Positions 12,600-22,477 of a stretch of DNA of 51,134 nucleotides are shown here, piece after piece. Where the stretch lies: NCBI RefSeq assembly GCF_001194135.2, contig NC_068984.1:101688065-101739198 (forward strand). The letters are read 5' to 3'. The translations under genes were made by a program, and so were the position numbers. The notes below the pieces were generated by a model that worked only from the letters and a program-made list of their open reading frames with translations, was not told the origin of the DNA and did not search any database. Numbering within the stretch: position 1 is the stretch's first letter; each line of letters begins with the position of its first letter. The stretch comes from Octopus bimaculoides (Eukaryota).

Positions 12600-13200
12600 G
12601 AACAACTGAAAGCTTATATGAATCTTTCTCATATACTTGTGATATCTATAGTTAATCAGAGTTAACTATTGTCACTGTATTGACCTTTGGGGTTATGTAT
12701 ATATTGTTACTGTGCTGGGCTATGTCTATCACAGAGGCTTTATTATAGACAATCTTGAAGCCCAGTGCTTTATTTTCTAAGAGGTGCTGATGTATTGCAG
12801 TTGAGGTTATACCAACAATGAATGTCACATGTTGCATCATAGTCATACTGCTTTGTGCTATAATCCTGGAAATTTCCATTCCTCTATAGCTTCTCCAACT
12901 CTCTGTAAAATTCATCTAATGATTCACTTGATAGCTAGTAAGTATCTGGTAAAGACTTTGTTAGATTTCATGTATGGCCAAGTCAAAATTTTCACATCCT
13001 TCAATATATCTAAAGACACTGGAGCTCACTCAGGCTAATAGAGTCCTATATTTATTTGGTATTTTGTCCTGATAGTCCTCTTCAATGCAATGGTTCACCA
13101 CTGGTGCTGTTCTGTGAACTCAGGTCAATATCTAAAACTTAGGTTTCTACACCATCTCCATGTTTGAAATTGAGTTGAATAAATTGTAATGACAGCAAAA
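12600..13200 (-). mobile_element. Second, unrelated Gypsy-type gag remnant
   Basis: Fragmented translations KYRTLL..VSSSVFRYIEGCENFDLAI and IVGITSTAIHQHLLENKAL..YNKASVIDIAQ resemble Gypsy gag (IRQRLLEN motif). Confidence 0.6.
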
Positions 13201-13342
13201 AGTTGGTGGCTACTTTCCAAGTTTTATTCAACTCAATTGTTTAGTTATGGCCTACAATATGATGACACACTATGAGTAATTACCTTATACACTTTGTCCA
13301 GATTACTTCAGGTTGTAACTAAGGAAACCTAATTAATGGTAA

Positions 13343-13794
13343 TATTGGTTTCAAATTTTGGCACAAGGCCAGTAATGTCAGGGGAGGGGTAGTCAATTAC
13401 ATCTGCCCCAGTGCTCAACTGGAACTTATTTTATCAACCCCAAAAGGATGAAAGGCAAAGTCAACCTCAACAGAATTTGAATTCAGAATTCAGAACATAA
13501 AGGCAGACAAAATGCCTCTAAGCATTTTGCCTAATGTGCTAACAATTCTGTGAGTTTACTGCCTTAATTAATAATAATACTGATTCCAAATTTTGGCTCA
13601 AGGCCAGCAAGTTCGGGGAGGAAGTAAGTCGATTACATCAACTCCAGTGCTCAACTGGTACTTATTTTATTCACTCTGAAAGATGAAAGGCAAAGTTAAC
13701 TTCAGCAGAATTTGAACTCAGAACATAAAGTCAGATGAAATGCTGCTAAGCATTTTGCCCAGTGTGCTAATGATTCTATCAGCTTGCCACCCTA
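13343..13794 (-). mobile_element. Two head-to-tail SINE family A copies (about 13343-13566 and 13580-13794)
   Basis: Each has the full core, box-B-like GAGTTCAAATT and the tail GCCTTG(T/A)GCCAAAATTTG. Confidence 0.9.
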
Positions 13795-13832
13795 ATTAAT
13801 AGTAATGTAACAGTGCTGTTAATAGTCTAGAG

Positions 13833-14127
13833 CAGGGGTTTTCAAACTTTTTGACTTGCGGACCCCTTTATATTTCAGGCTTTACCTTTGGGACCCCCTT
13901 ATAAACGCTTATAAAATTTATACATAAATATTTGCTTAAAATAACATATATTTTTACATTTATTTATTTGACAGTATTTAACAAATAGGTTTATTGTCAA
14001 TTAAAAGATTTCAATTAAAAAACATATATAAAATCAAATTGCCCATAAAAAGTATTTGCTGTCCACGGACCCCCTGTCTTGTCCTTGCGGACCCCCTGTG
14101 GTCCGCAGACCAGTTTGAAAACCCCTG
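13833..14127. mobile_element. hAT/Charlie-type MITE
   Basis: Perfect 16-bp TIRs CAGGGGTTTTCAAACT / AGTTTGAAAACCCCTG, 8-bp TSD GTCTAGAG / GTCTAGAA (the NTCTAGAN target typical of Charlie), and subterminal CGGACCCC repeats. Confidence 0.93.
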
Positions 14128-14205
14128 GTCTAGAATACCCTAAGTACTTGAGATATTAGAATATTTATGCTATTTATCACATTGCTTTCTTCTTTCATTT
14201 CATAG

Positions 14206-14348
14206 GTACATACAACTGTGCTGAATGCAATACTCCTTTGTTTGACAGTGTGAAAAAGTATGAACACACTTCTCCATGGCCAGCGTTTTTCAGTTTAATT
14301 CATCTAGATCTTGTCAGCAGACATCAAGAATCTCCTTCTGCAATCAAA
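14206..14348 (+). CDS. MSRB1: MSRB1 coding exon 2: (G)TYNCAECNTPLFDSVKKYEHTSPWPAFFSLIHLDLVSRHQESPSAIK
   Basis: First Zn-binding CxxC and the KY.H.SPWPAF motif of MsrB1. Acceptor catag|, phase-0 donor AAA|GTAATT, and in frame with exons 1 and 3. Confidence 0.95.
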
Positions 14349-14399
14349 GTAATTTATCATTTCTAATGTTTCTTTGTTTTTTTTTAATTTATTTCTTTA

Positions 14400-14622
14400 G
14401 TTGTGGCTATTACTGGTGTCATGTAAATGGCACCTGTGCTGCTGGCACGTAAAAAGCGCCCATTACGCTTAGAGTGGTTAGCGTTAGGAAGGGCATCTAG
14501 CTGTAGAAACTATGCCAAATCAAACTGGAGCCTGATGCAGCTCTCTGGCTTACCAGTTCCAGTCAAACTGTCTAACCCTTGCCAGCATGGAAAGCAGACA
14601 TTAAAGGATGATGATGATTGTG
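14400..14622 (+). mobile_element. SINE family C with (GAT)n tail
   Basis: GGCACGTAAAAAGC...GCGTTAGGAAGGGCATC...GCCAGCATGGAAA...GATGATGAT; homologous to 47265-47580. Confidence 0.85.
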
Positions 14623-14627
14623 AAGTC

Positions 14628-14830
14628 ATGTAACCTAGTGGTTAGGGTATTGCATTTATGATCACAAGATCATGGTTTTGATTCTCAAACCAGATAGTGC
14701 ATTGTTTTCTTGAGCAAAACACTTCATTTTTGTGTAGCTCTAGTCCACTCAGCTGCAAATGAGTAGTCCTGTGACAGACTGGTGTCCTGTTCAGGGAGAA
14801 TATTGGAATCTCGGTCACTTATACAATATG
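14628..14830 (+). mobile_element. tRNA-derived SINE of a further family (V-SINE-like)
   Basis: Box-A-like CCTAGTGGTTAGGG, a decayed box B, then TTGAGCAAAACACTTCA and GTCCACTCAGCTG...AATGAGTA. Confidence 0.6.
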
Positions 14831-14899
14831 GAAATTGGGTAACTGGGATTAAGAAATTTCTTCTACTCCAGAGAACTTTTGGAAAAAAAAAGGAATATT

Positions 14900-15240
14900 G
14901 AGAAGTAATGTTTGTTGCTACTTCAACATGGCTCTTCCTTATGAACTGGCACTATTACTATTTTTAACCCCAAGAGGACACCTCCTCTAGCTGGTTATCA
15001 ATGTAATCTGCGCCCGATATATATTGCAAGCAGAGGAGCAAACCCCTGCCATCTTCTAGTGAGTCAACAGGACTACCTGGTTGGTAGGGGTTGGTAGATG
15101 ATAGGTGTTTGCCCCCCTGCTTGCAAGATATATTGGGTGTAGATTGCATTAGCTAGAGGTATCCTCTTGGGGTTAAAAATTATAGTAACATCAGTTCATA
15201 CAGAACAGCCATGTTGTAGTGGCAACAAACATTACTTCTC
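14900..15240. mobile_element. Foldback MITE with ~90-bp inverted arms, in MSRB1 intron 2
   Basis: 14900-14991 (GAGAAGTAATGTTTGTTGC...CCAAGAGGACACCTCCTCTAGCT) is the imperfect reverse complement of 15151-15240. No TSD found. Confidence 0.8.
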
Positions 15241-15732
15241 GGGTTAGTTTCTACTTTCTAACATAGAAATTTTCTAACTAAAGGGAATATTGGCTTTTAA
15301 CTTGATTTAAATATTTTATTTCTTCCTAATCTATTCTAAAGAATCAAGATCTTTCATTATTCAAAATTTATTGCATTCTGTTTGTTACATATTGAGAAAA
15401 AAGTGATATAGGTAGTAGAAATGGCTATTAGCAATGTTAAAGTTTTGTATTAAAAGAAAATGATAACCGATGGTAGTCAATTTGTTTGTTGATAAAAAAT
15501 TTTCTTCATTTTCTGCTTAATTTAAATTTGATTCCTGAAAAACTCTTTTTTATTTTGTTATTGCCTGTATCTATGAGCATAGTTTCCTTACATATCAATG
15601 CCCAGGGTTAACATAGGTAATTTAAACCGGTAGTAATAAAGGATATTCTTATCCCTTAGATGGTTATTCCAACTGCTAACTCTACTTATATATATGTGTG
15701 TGTGTGTGCGTGTGTGTATATGTATGTGGGTG

Positions 15733-15770
<38 letters not shown>

Positions 15771-15780
<10 letters not shown>

Positions 15781-15916
15781 ATTTTTTTTATTCTCAAATG
15801 CATGATAATGCTAATAAATAGCATGATCAGAATAAATTATCCATACATTGCAGAAAAATATGTTACTGGCCATTAGCATTATCACGCATTTGAGAATAAA
15901 AAAAATTTATTTCTCT
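15771..15916. mobile_element. Short MITE with ~45-bp TIRs, inserted in a TA/GA microsatellite
   Basis: ...TATTCTCAAATGCATGATAATGCTAAT / ATTAGCATTATCACGCATTTGAGAATA...; second partial copy at 1880-1972. Confidence 0.75.
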
Positions 15917-15967
15917 ATCTTTCAATATATCTCAATGCTTCTAAAACCACCTTTGTTTGTTTGCTTT

Positions 15968-16006
<39 letters not shown>

Positions 16007-16189
16007 GTGTATGTGTGTGTTTATTGCATAAGCGATAAAGAAGCAATCAAATACAGACTTGCAGGTAAATGTGTTGTCTGGTATACATTCATATTTAGTA
16101 TTTGGGTCATTTAAATTTATTTTAATGGTTTAATGAGAGTAAATGGGTGAGTGTTAATCTGGTTAGATCCACTCACATACACATGTATA

Positions 16190-16393
16190 CTCTTTTACTT
16201 GTTTCAGTCATTTGACAATGGCCGTGCTGGAGCATGCCTTTAGTCAAGCAAATCGTCCCCAGGACTTATTCTTTGTAAACCTAGTGCTTATTCTATCGGT
16301 CTCTTTTGCTGAACCGCTAAGTTACGGGGACGTAAACACACCAGCATCGGTTGTCAAACGATGTTGGGGGGACAAACATAGACACACAAACAA

Positions 16394-16428
<35 letters not shown>

Positions 16429-16608
16429 CATACATATATACAACGGGCTTTTTTTTTCAGTTTCCATTTACCAAATCCACTCACAACGCTTTGGTCAGCC
16501 TGAGGCTATAGTAGAAGACACTTGCCCAAGGTGCCACACAGTGGGACTGAACCCGGAACCAAGTGGTTGGTAAGCAAGCTACTTACCACACAGCCACTCC
16601 TGCGCCTT
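16190..16608 (-). mobile_element. SINE family B, full length and well preserved
   Basis: Reverse of GGCGCAGGAGTGGCTGTGTGGTAAG...GGTTCCGGGTTCAGTCCCACTG...TGACTGAAACAAGTAAAAGAG, with an internal TA/TG microsatellite. Confidence 0.92.
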
Positions 16609-16850
16609 TGTATATTAAATTATTTTTGAAATAGATAGCCACACTATTTTACTGGAGTAGAAGAGGAAAGAAAAGTGACTAAGATTGAGGAATACATAGT
16701 AAGGATTGAAAACCGAAATGAAACCAAAAGGTGTTAACTTTCCATTCTTTGAAAGAGAGCATCTCATTGAAATCTAACTAAAAGATTCTTAATTGTTAAA
16801 GATATGACAAATTCTCTGTATAGAAATATGAATGATCTTGTAAAGGAATA

Positions 16851-17058
16851 ATCCTTCCTACTATAGGCACCAGGCCTGAAATTTGGAGGAGGGGCATAGT
16901 CAATTACATTGACCCCAGTACTCAACTGGTACTTAAATTATCGACCCCAAAACGATGAAAGGCAAAGTTGGCCTCAGCAGAATTTGAACTCAGAATGGGA
17001 AGACAGTCAAAATACCACAAAGCATTTTATCCAATGTGCCAACAATTCTGCCAGATCA
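16851..17058 (-). mobile_element. SINE family A
   Basis: Full core and the TATAGTAGGAAGG-type tail. Confidence 0.88.
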
Positions 17059-17204
17059 CCAGTACAACATAATTTGATAGTTTGATTGACATGATTTTGG
17101 AATTGTTGAGATTTTGTTGATTTTTTTTTAATTTCTTTTTTAAGAAAATCAAGTATTGAGCTATTTATGGAATAACAAATTATCATTAACCATTCATTTA
17201 CCAA

Positions 17205-17312
17205 ACTAACATGGTTTGACAGTATTTGACAAGATCCATTGGGCCCAAGGACTGCATCATGTTCTAGAGCCTATTTGGCAAGGTTTCTACAGCTGGATGC
17301 CCTTCCTAATGC
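17205..17312 (-). mobile_element. SINE family C fragment
   Basis: TTTCTACAGCTGGATGCCCTTCCTAATGCC is the reverse of the family C core. Confidence 0.7.
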
Positions 17313-17539
17313 CATTTGGTGCCATATTAGTGGCTCATATTCAAATTTAAAAGCTTTAAAATTCTTTTAAAGAATGAGTTGTCTTGAGAACTTACCAGAT
17401 ATTTTCAATGTGGGTGAAAAGTGTTGAATTTGGTGTTGGGGTGTATCTAAAAGAGTTTACTTTTCAAGATAATTTTAGTTATTTTCGAAGTATTTTTGTT
17501 TTAATTTATCTCCTTTCTCTTTTTTTTTTTATTTGGCAG

Positions 17540-17662
17540 ATTTCCTGTGCAAAATGTGGCAACAGTCTTGGACATGAATTCTTGAATGATGGACCTCAGC
17601 TTGGTAAAAATCGATACTGAATATTTAGTAGTGCCCTAAAATTTGTTCCTAGAAAGTCTTAG
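17540..17662 (+). CDS. MSRB1: MSRB1 coding exon 3: [40 protein letters not shown]; TGA 17618-17620 read as selenocysteine (Sec93)
   Basis: Second CxxC and the GHEFLNDGP motif. The TGA aligns with human Sec95 (SRFUIFSSSLKFVPK) and homology continues after it up to TAG 17660-17662. Acceptor polyT-ggcag|. Confidence 0.95.
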
Positions 17663-17669
17663 GGCACTA
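17629..17669 (+). promoter_or_regulatory. Hairpin just 3' of the Sec UGA (candidate Sec redefinition element)
   Basis: TAGTGCCCTAA (17629-17639) is the perfect reverse complement of TTAGGGCACTA (17659-17669). Function is inferred. Confidence 0.5.
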
Positions 17670-18993
17670 ATTTATGCAAGGAAGCGAGATTGAACTTCAA
17701 ATATATTTTGAGTATTCTGAAATTGAGTTGCTTACAATTCTTTAACCTCTTCTTTTTTCTTCTCTATTTGTTCTTGTAACAACTTATTAAAAGAGTAATT
17801 TATACAATCCTATTAATTTATACATAAAGCATAGTCAACTGTTCACTAATTATTCATAAATTTATGTTAGTTTTTCATTTTGGAACAAACTTGAAAATTT
17901 AGCATTGTCATTAGGATAGAATTATAGCACTGCTATGGAGCTGTTATCTTTGTATTTTTTTTAGAACGAATGAGAAAGTGTCTCCCAGAGTAATGACCAT
18001 ACTTATCATACTAGTTATTAATTTAATTATTATGTAATGTCATTTTAAAAATTCTAAATGAAGAAAATAACCCAAATGTATTGATTTTGTGTACAAATTA
18101 AATTAGTTGGGCCAGAATTTGTAACTTATTAACACTATATTTAATTTAATCATTCAAAATGCTATATCCCTAAACAGAGGATGAACTTCCAAGATTTCTT
18201 GCAGAGATTGCTGTAGTTGAAATTATGTTTTAAAGAACTGAGACTTGTTTTTATTTTAATCCACTTTTATGTGTATGTTTACATGGGTTTATCAAGGTTT
18301 TATTGTTGTTAGAAATATATATAATGTGTGTCTTTCAGAGTCCTATAATACAAAATGACAGCTTTATGTTTCATAACAGAAAATCTAAAATTTGAAAAGC
18401 AGCATAAAATATATCTTCTACATATCCTATTATACATGGCCTATCTGTGTTGTTCTTCCTTACTCTTAGTACAGAAAACTGATGATGTTTTATTCTTCAA
18501 CTTCATATCATCTAAACAGGTGTCATTGAATAGTGACTGACCGGTGTGTCTCTGTTCTTATTAATTTTTGTTTCTCATCTAATATCTCACAATAGTATTT
18601 GGTTGATGTTAACTATGTCCAAATAACTGGCTTCTTACATACTACTGTTTTAAATGTAAAGTTAACAATTATTGCTCTCCTAAATGACCAGGTAATCTTC
18701 TGATTGAAGGCTATCTTATTTTTCACTTTAGTCTTTTCCTTATGTGATTCTTTGATTCATTAAAGCATACAGTTCCATGGAATTTTCATTAGTTAGTAAA
18801 ATTCCGGCCAAAGGGAGCTTTATTTTCACTTTTCAAAATATGATTTAATGCTAACTTTATATATTCTCTGACATACCTTTGTGTTAAATAAGCAATGTTG
18901 TGTATGCATTAAAATACTCATAACTATGTTTTAAGACATCAAATCAGTAAGTTAGTAGTATCACATCATCCTTTGTACTATACACACACATAC

Positions 18994-19033
<40 letters not shown>

Positions 19034-19444
19034 TCAATTATACATTAATTTCTCTTATTGTTATTGAAGGTAACTTAACTCGTTTATATGTAACTTAAAT
19101 TTCTATTAAAAATGTTGATGTTGATCTGTAGGTAAATTATTTATATAAGTGATCTTTTAACTGAATAGATGACAAGTTGTTTCAGTATCTTTTGTATTTC
19201 AAGGATATTATAATTATATAGAATTGTTTATATTTAATTACTTTTCTTGAGGAAGATGTTAGTATTCCTGTATTGCTGTCTCAATAGCTATAACTATGGT
19301 TTAGATTATTCTTACTGCACAATCTACAATAGCATTTTTATTTTCATTACTTTTTTTTTTCTAGAAGAGACTTTAATCAGAAACCAAAATATGATTTTAT
19401 CTATCTCCTTTCAAAATATTCATTTTGAAGTTTACTCTTTGTAT

Positions 19445-19520
19445 ATTTCTGCTAGAACTCATGAAATTATGAGGCCAGAGCCATATTTGGAAAGCCTCAT
19501 TTTAGAAGTATCAGTCTAAC
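19445..19520 (+). promoter_or_regulatory. Candidate non-canonical SECIS for MSRB1
   Basis: ATGA(19461)...AGAA(19504-07) gives the tandem GA core at correct spacing around the helix ATGAGGC/GCCTCAT, with a type-II mini-stem CCA-TATT-TGG. The apical AA is replaced by CAGAG. Confidence 0.3.
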
Positions 19521-20498
19521 ATCAAAAATACAAAGAGTTAACAACAAAAAGAGTATCAGAATCACTTATCTTTGCCTCTCAAAATGATAAGTAAAATTTC
19601 AACTATACAGAATAAAACATTCTCCTTAATTTCTCGGTGAAAGCTTTCTGTAACTGGTTTTGTTTGAAATCTCCATTTTCAAACCTACTTTCACTTTCTT
19701 TTTCTCTTTATCCTTTATGTATTTTTATTTTAAGTCAGAGCATATCTACTTCAGATGTTTTCTATCAAATATTTTTATAATTCAAATTTCTATAAAAAAA
19801 AATTTTTTTAATAAACACAGTAAAATATCAAAGTTTTTATTTCCTAAACTTGGTGCCTCAATAAACTTTCACATTTTATCTTATGTTTTTTTGTTTTATT
19901 CAATTAAAAAAATATTTTTTAAACAAATAGTTTTGATTTTTTTATTGGAATTTAATGGTTACTAAAAATTATTAAAATTTTACTCTTATAATTTTTCTGT
20001 TTTCACATTTAAAATATTGAAATTTCTTCAAATAAATTCTTATTTGTTATTATTTGATACGTCCGTGTTTATTTTTCTCTTGTCTACATTTTCATTGCTT
20101 TAAATCACTTTTAACCAGTGTCACTTGAGGTACTACCAAGCTTCTCAAGATGGAACTTAGCTTACATGCACACAAAAGGACCCTGTAATGTATTTTCAGG
20201 TTACCATTTACTGAGTCTGTCTTCTGAGCCAGTTGCAAAGATGTAACCATAGGGATGTCTAGAAAACCACCAATCTATTCCTTTTATTTCATTTCATGCT
20301 CCAAATAGTCCGATACCAATATGGGAGTTTCATGTTAAAATAATAGACTCACACACACACACATTTGTGTTAATTATTTGAGATCACTGCTTGTGAATAC
20401 CAATAATGGTGGGGGAGATTAATAATTACCAGAAAGCATTGTTATCACAGATTAATAATTATATACACACTAGTTTGGTTAATATTGCAGATGTTTCT

Positions 20499-20715
20499 AA
20501 GGGATCAAGCTGGCAGAATCATTAGCATCCTGGACAAAATGCTTAGTGGCATTTCGTCCATCTTTATGTTCTGAGTTCAAATTCTGCCAAGATTGATTGT
20601 GCCTTTTATCCTTTTAGGGTCGATAAAATAAGTACCAGTTGAGCACTGGGGTCAATCTAATCAACTTACCCCCTCCCCTGAAAATTCTGACCTTGTCCCA
20701 AAATTTGAAATCAAT
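20499..20715 (+). mobile_element. SINE family A
   Basis: AGCTGGCAGAATCATTAGC box-A-like head, GAGTTCAAATT box B, and core. Confidence 0.9.
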
Positions 20716-20744
20716 ATTGCATCTGGATCAAATTGACCTGAGGC

Positions 20745-21100
20745 ACAGGCATGATCATGTACTAAGAAGCTTGCTTCCCAACTATGTGGTTCCTGGTTCA
20801 GTCTCACTGTATTGCACCCTGGGAAAGTGTCTTCTACTATAGTCCTAAGCTGATCAAAGTTTTGTGAGTGGATTTGTAGATGGAAACTGAAAGAAGCCCA
20901 TTGTATACAAACATATTTGTCATGTATAGATAGATAGATGTATATGTGTGTGTCTTTGTATCTGTGTTTGCCCTGCCACCACTTAACAATTGATGTTGGT
21001 TGTTTACAACCTCGTTAGCAGTTCTCTAAAAGAGACTGATCGAATAAGTACTAGTCTTTAAAAAAATAAATACTAGGGTCCATTTGTCTGACTAAAACCA
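20745..21100 (+). mobile_element. SINE family B
   Basis: GAAGCTTGCTTCCCAAC...GGTTCAGTC...GGAAACTGAAAGAAGCCC...GAATAAGTACTAG. Confidence 0.85.
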
Positions 21101-21104
21101 GTGC

Positions 21105-21205
21105 TAAACTGGTACTTATTTTATCAACCCCAAAAGGATGAAAGGCAAAGCCAACCTCAGTGGATTTTGAACTCAGAATGTAAAGACACGAAATGCCGCC
21201 AGCTC
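21105..21205 (-). mobile_element. SINE family A, partial, inverted relative to 20499-20715
   Basis: AACTGGTACTTATTTTATCAACCCC...TTGAACTCAGAATG. Confidence 0.85.
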
Positions 21206-21284
21206 ACTGCATCTATGTTCTTTTTAAATTTTCTAAGAATATAGTGGTCATAGTTATATATTTCAGTGTCAAAGTTACTTTGTG

Positions 21285-21575
21285 TCAGAGGTCAGCCAGA
21301 AATCTATCCATTTCCATTTGCATTGATTCACTTAGCAAATATGTTTGAAGTGATCGAAGCTTATTGAAATCTTCTCCTTGTTCTATAAGACATTGGTTGT
21401 CTTCACTGTATCTTTGTGAGTTCATAACAATTATATTTTTAAGGTTATTCTCCACAAACTGACTTATTGAATCAATATGTGTATGATACTGACAAAATAC
21501 TTGGTAAGCTCTTCTAGCCGTGTAAGTCTGTTCTGGTAGACAAATAGTTGGTGGTAGATAACCATATGAAAAGTC
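21285..21575 (-). CDS. Uncharacterised gene, last coding exon: DFSYGYLPPTICLPEQTYTARRAYQVFCQYH...MEMDRFLADL*
   Basis: Acceptor ttttgcag|GAC, 96 open codons in AT-rich DNA, phase-0 compatible with the exon at 24263-24167, TGA stop at 21287-21285. Confidence 0.8.
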   Translation of the reverse strand, partial: DFSYGYLPPTICLPEQTYTARRAYQVFCQYHTHIDSISQFVENNLKNIIVMNSQRYSEDNQCLIEQGEDFNKLRSLQTYLLSESMQMEMDRFLADL

Positions 21576-21639
21576 CTGCAAAATAATAACACTGATTATT
21601 ACTATAAAGCTTTAGTATATTGTAAGACTTATAGTACAC

Positions 21640-21965
21640 AATGTTACACAAGAATGTTAAGAATGGCTCTGAATGTTACATGGAGAGCTCATTTGACCAA
21701 TGAGCAGCTTTATCAAGATCTACCCAAAGTAACTGAGAAGATTCAGCAGAGAAGGATGTGAATTGTTGGTCACTGCATCAGGTACCCAGAAGGACCTTGG
21801 TGCCAATTGTCTTATGGCAGTTGGTTGTAGGAAGAATCAACAGAGGAAGAAAACGTTTAACCTTTGTGAACAACTAGCTTCAGGACAGTGGAATGACGAA
21901 TGTTGAATTAAGAACATGCATGGGGGACCACGATGGATATCATGCTCATGTGAAACCATTGAAGC
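21640..21965 (+). mobile_element. 3' fragment of an RTE-group LINE (end of ORF2)
   Basis: Translates as MALNVTWRAHLTNEQLYQDLPKVTEKIQQRRM*IVGHCIR...GRKRLTFV, typical of the RT C-terminus of RTE-like LINEs. Confidence 0.75.
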
Positions 21966-22122
21966 ATCTGAGAGGACAGCCAAACTAACTTCATTCAATT
22001 TTTCTTAGCCCCCCTTTTTTTCCACCAATGATTATCATTTGTAATAAAAGAGTCTGTTAATTTTCTCCCAAGCCTTTTTTGTTGGCTATTTTCAGAGTTT
22101 CTTGGAGTCTTAGCGTTTTTAA

Positions 22123-22477
22123 CCTTTTTGTTACCATATTTCTGTTGAGATGCTCTATGTTTCTTTTAATTAATTTTAAATATAACAAAGAATCTTATAA
22201 AATAACTTAGTTATCCTTAATTCTTTAAGCCCATAACACTGATTTACTGGCGGATGGCTTATTTTTATCTATACCATAGCACCGCTCTATATTGTAGCAC
22301 CAGTGGAGTGCTACAGTATAGTAAGATTCAGGAGGTGAGGACTCAAAGGGTTAAGCTAGTATTAGGAACATAAATTGTGACTTAGATTTGGTGGAAGATT
22401 TTAATTCAGAACTTTTGAAAACAAAACATTTGTATTACAGAGCCAGAGGCGATTTCAGGTGGGTTGGTATCAAAGGA
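22123..22477. mobile_element. TTAA-flanked MITE (piggyBac-type termini) with a nested TTAA MITE at 22221-22350
   Basis: Outer TTAA|CCTTTTTGTTACC...GGTATCAAAGGA|TTAA. The inner element is flanked by TTAA at 22217-20 and 22351-54 and ends in CTCAAAGGG. Confidence 0.7.

Noticed and set aside
18684-18704. ATGA...TGAT possible SECIS core
   Set aside because: Only 13 nt between the core halves, far too short for helix II and a loop.
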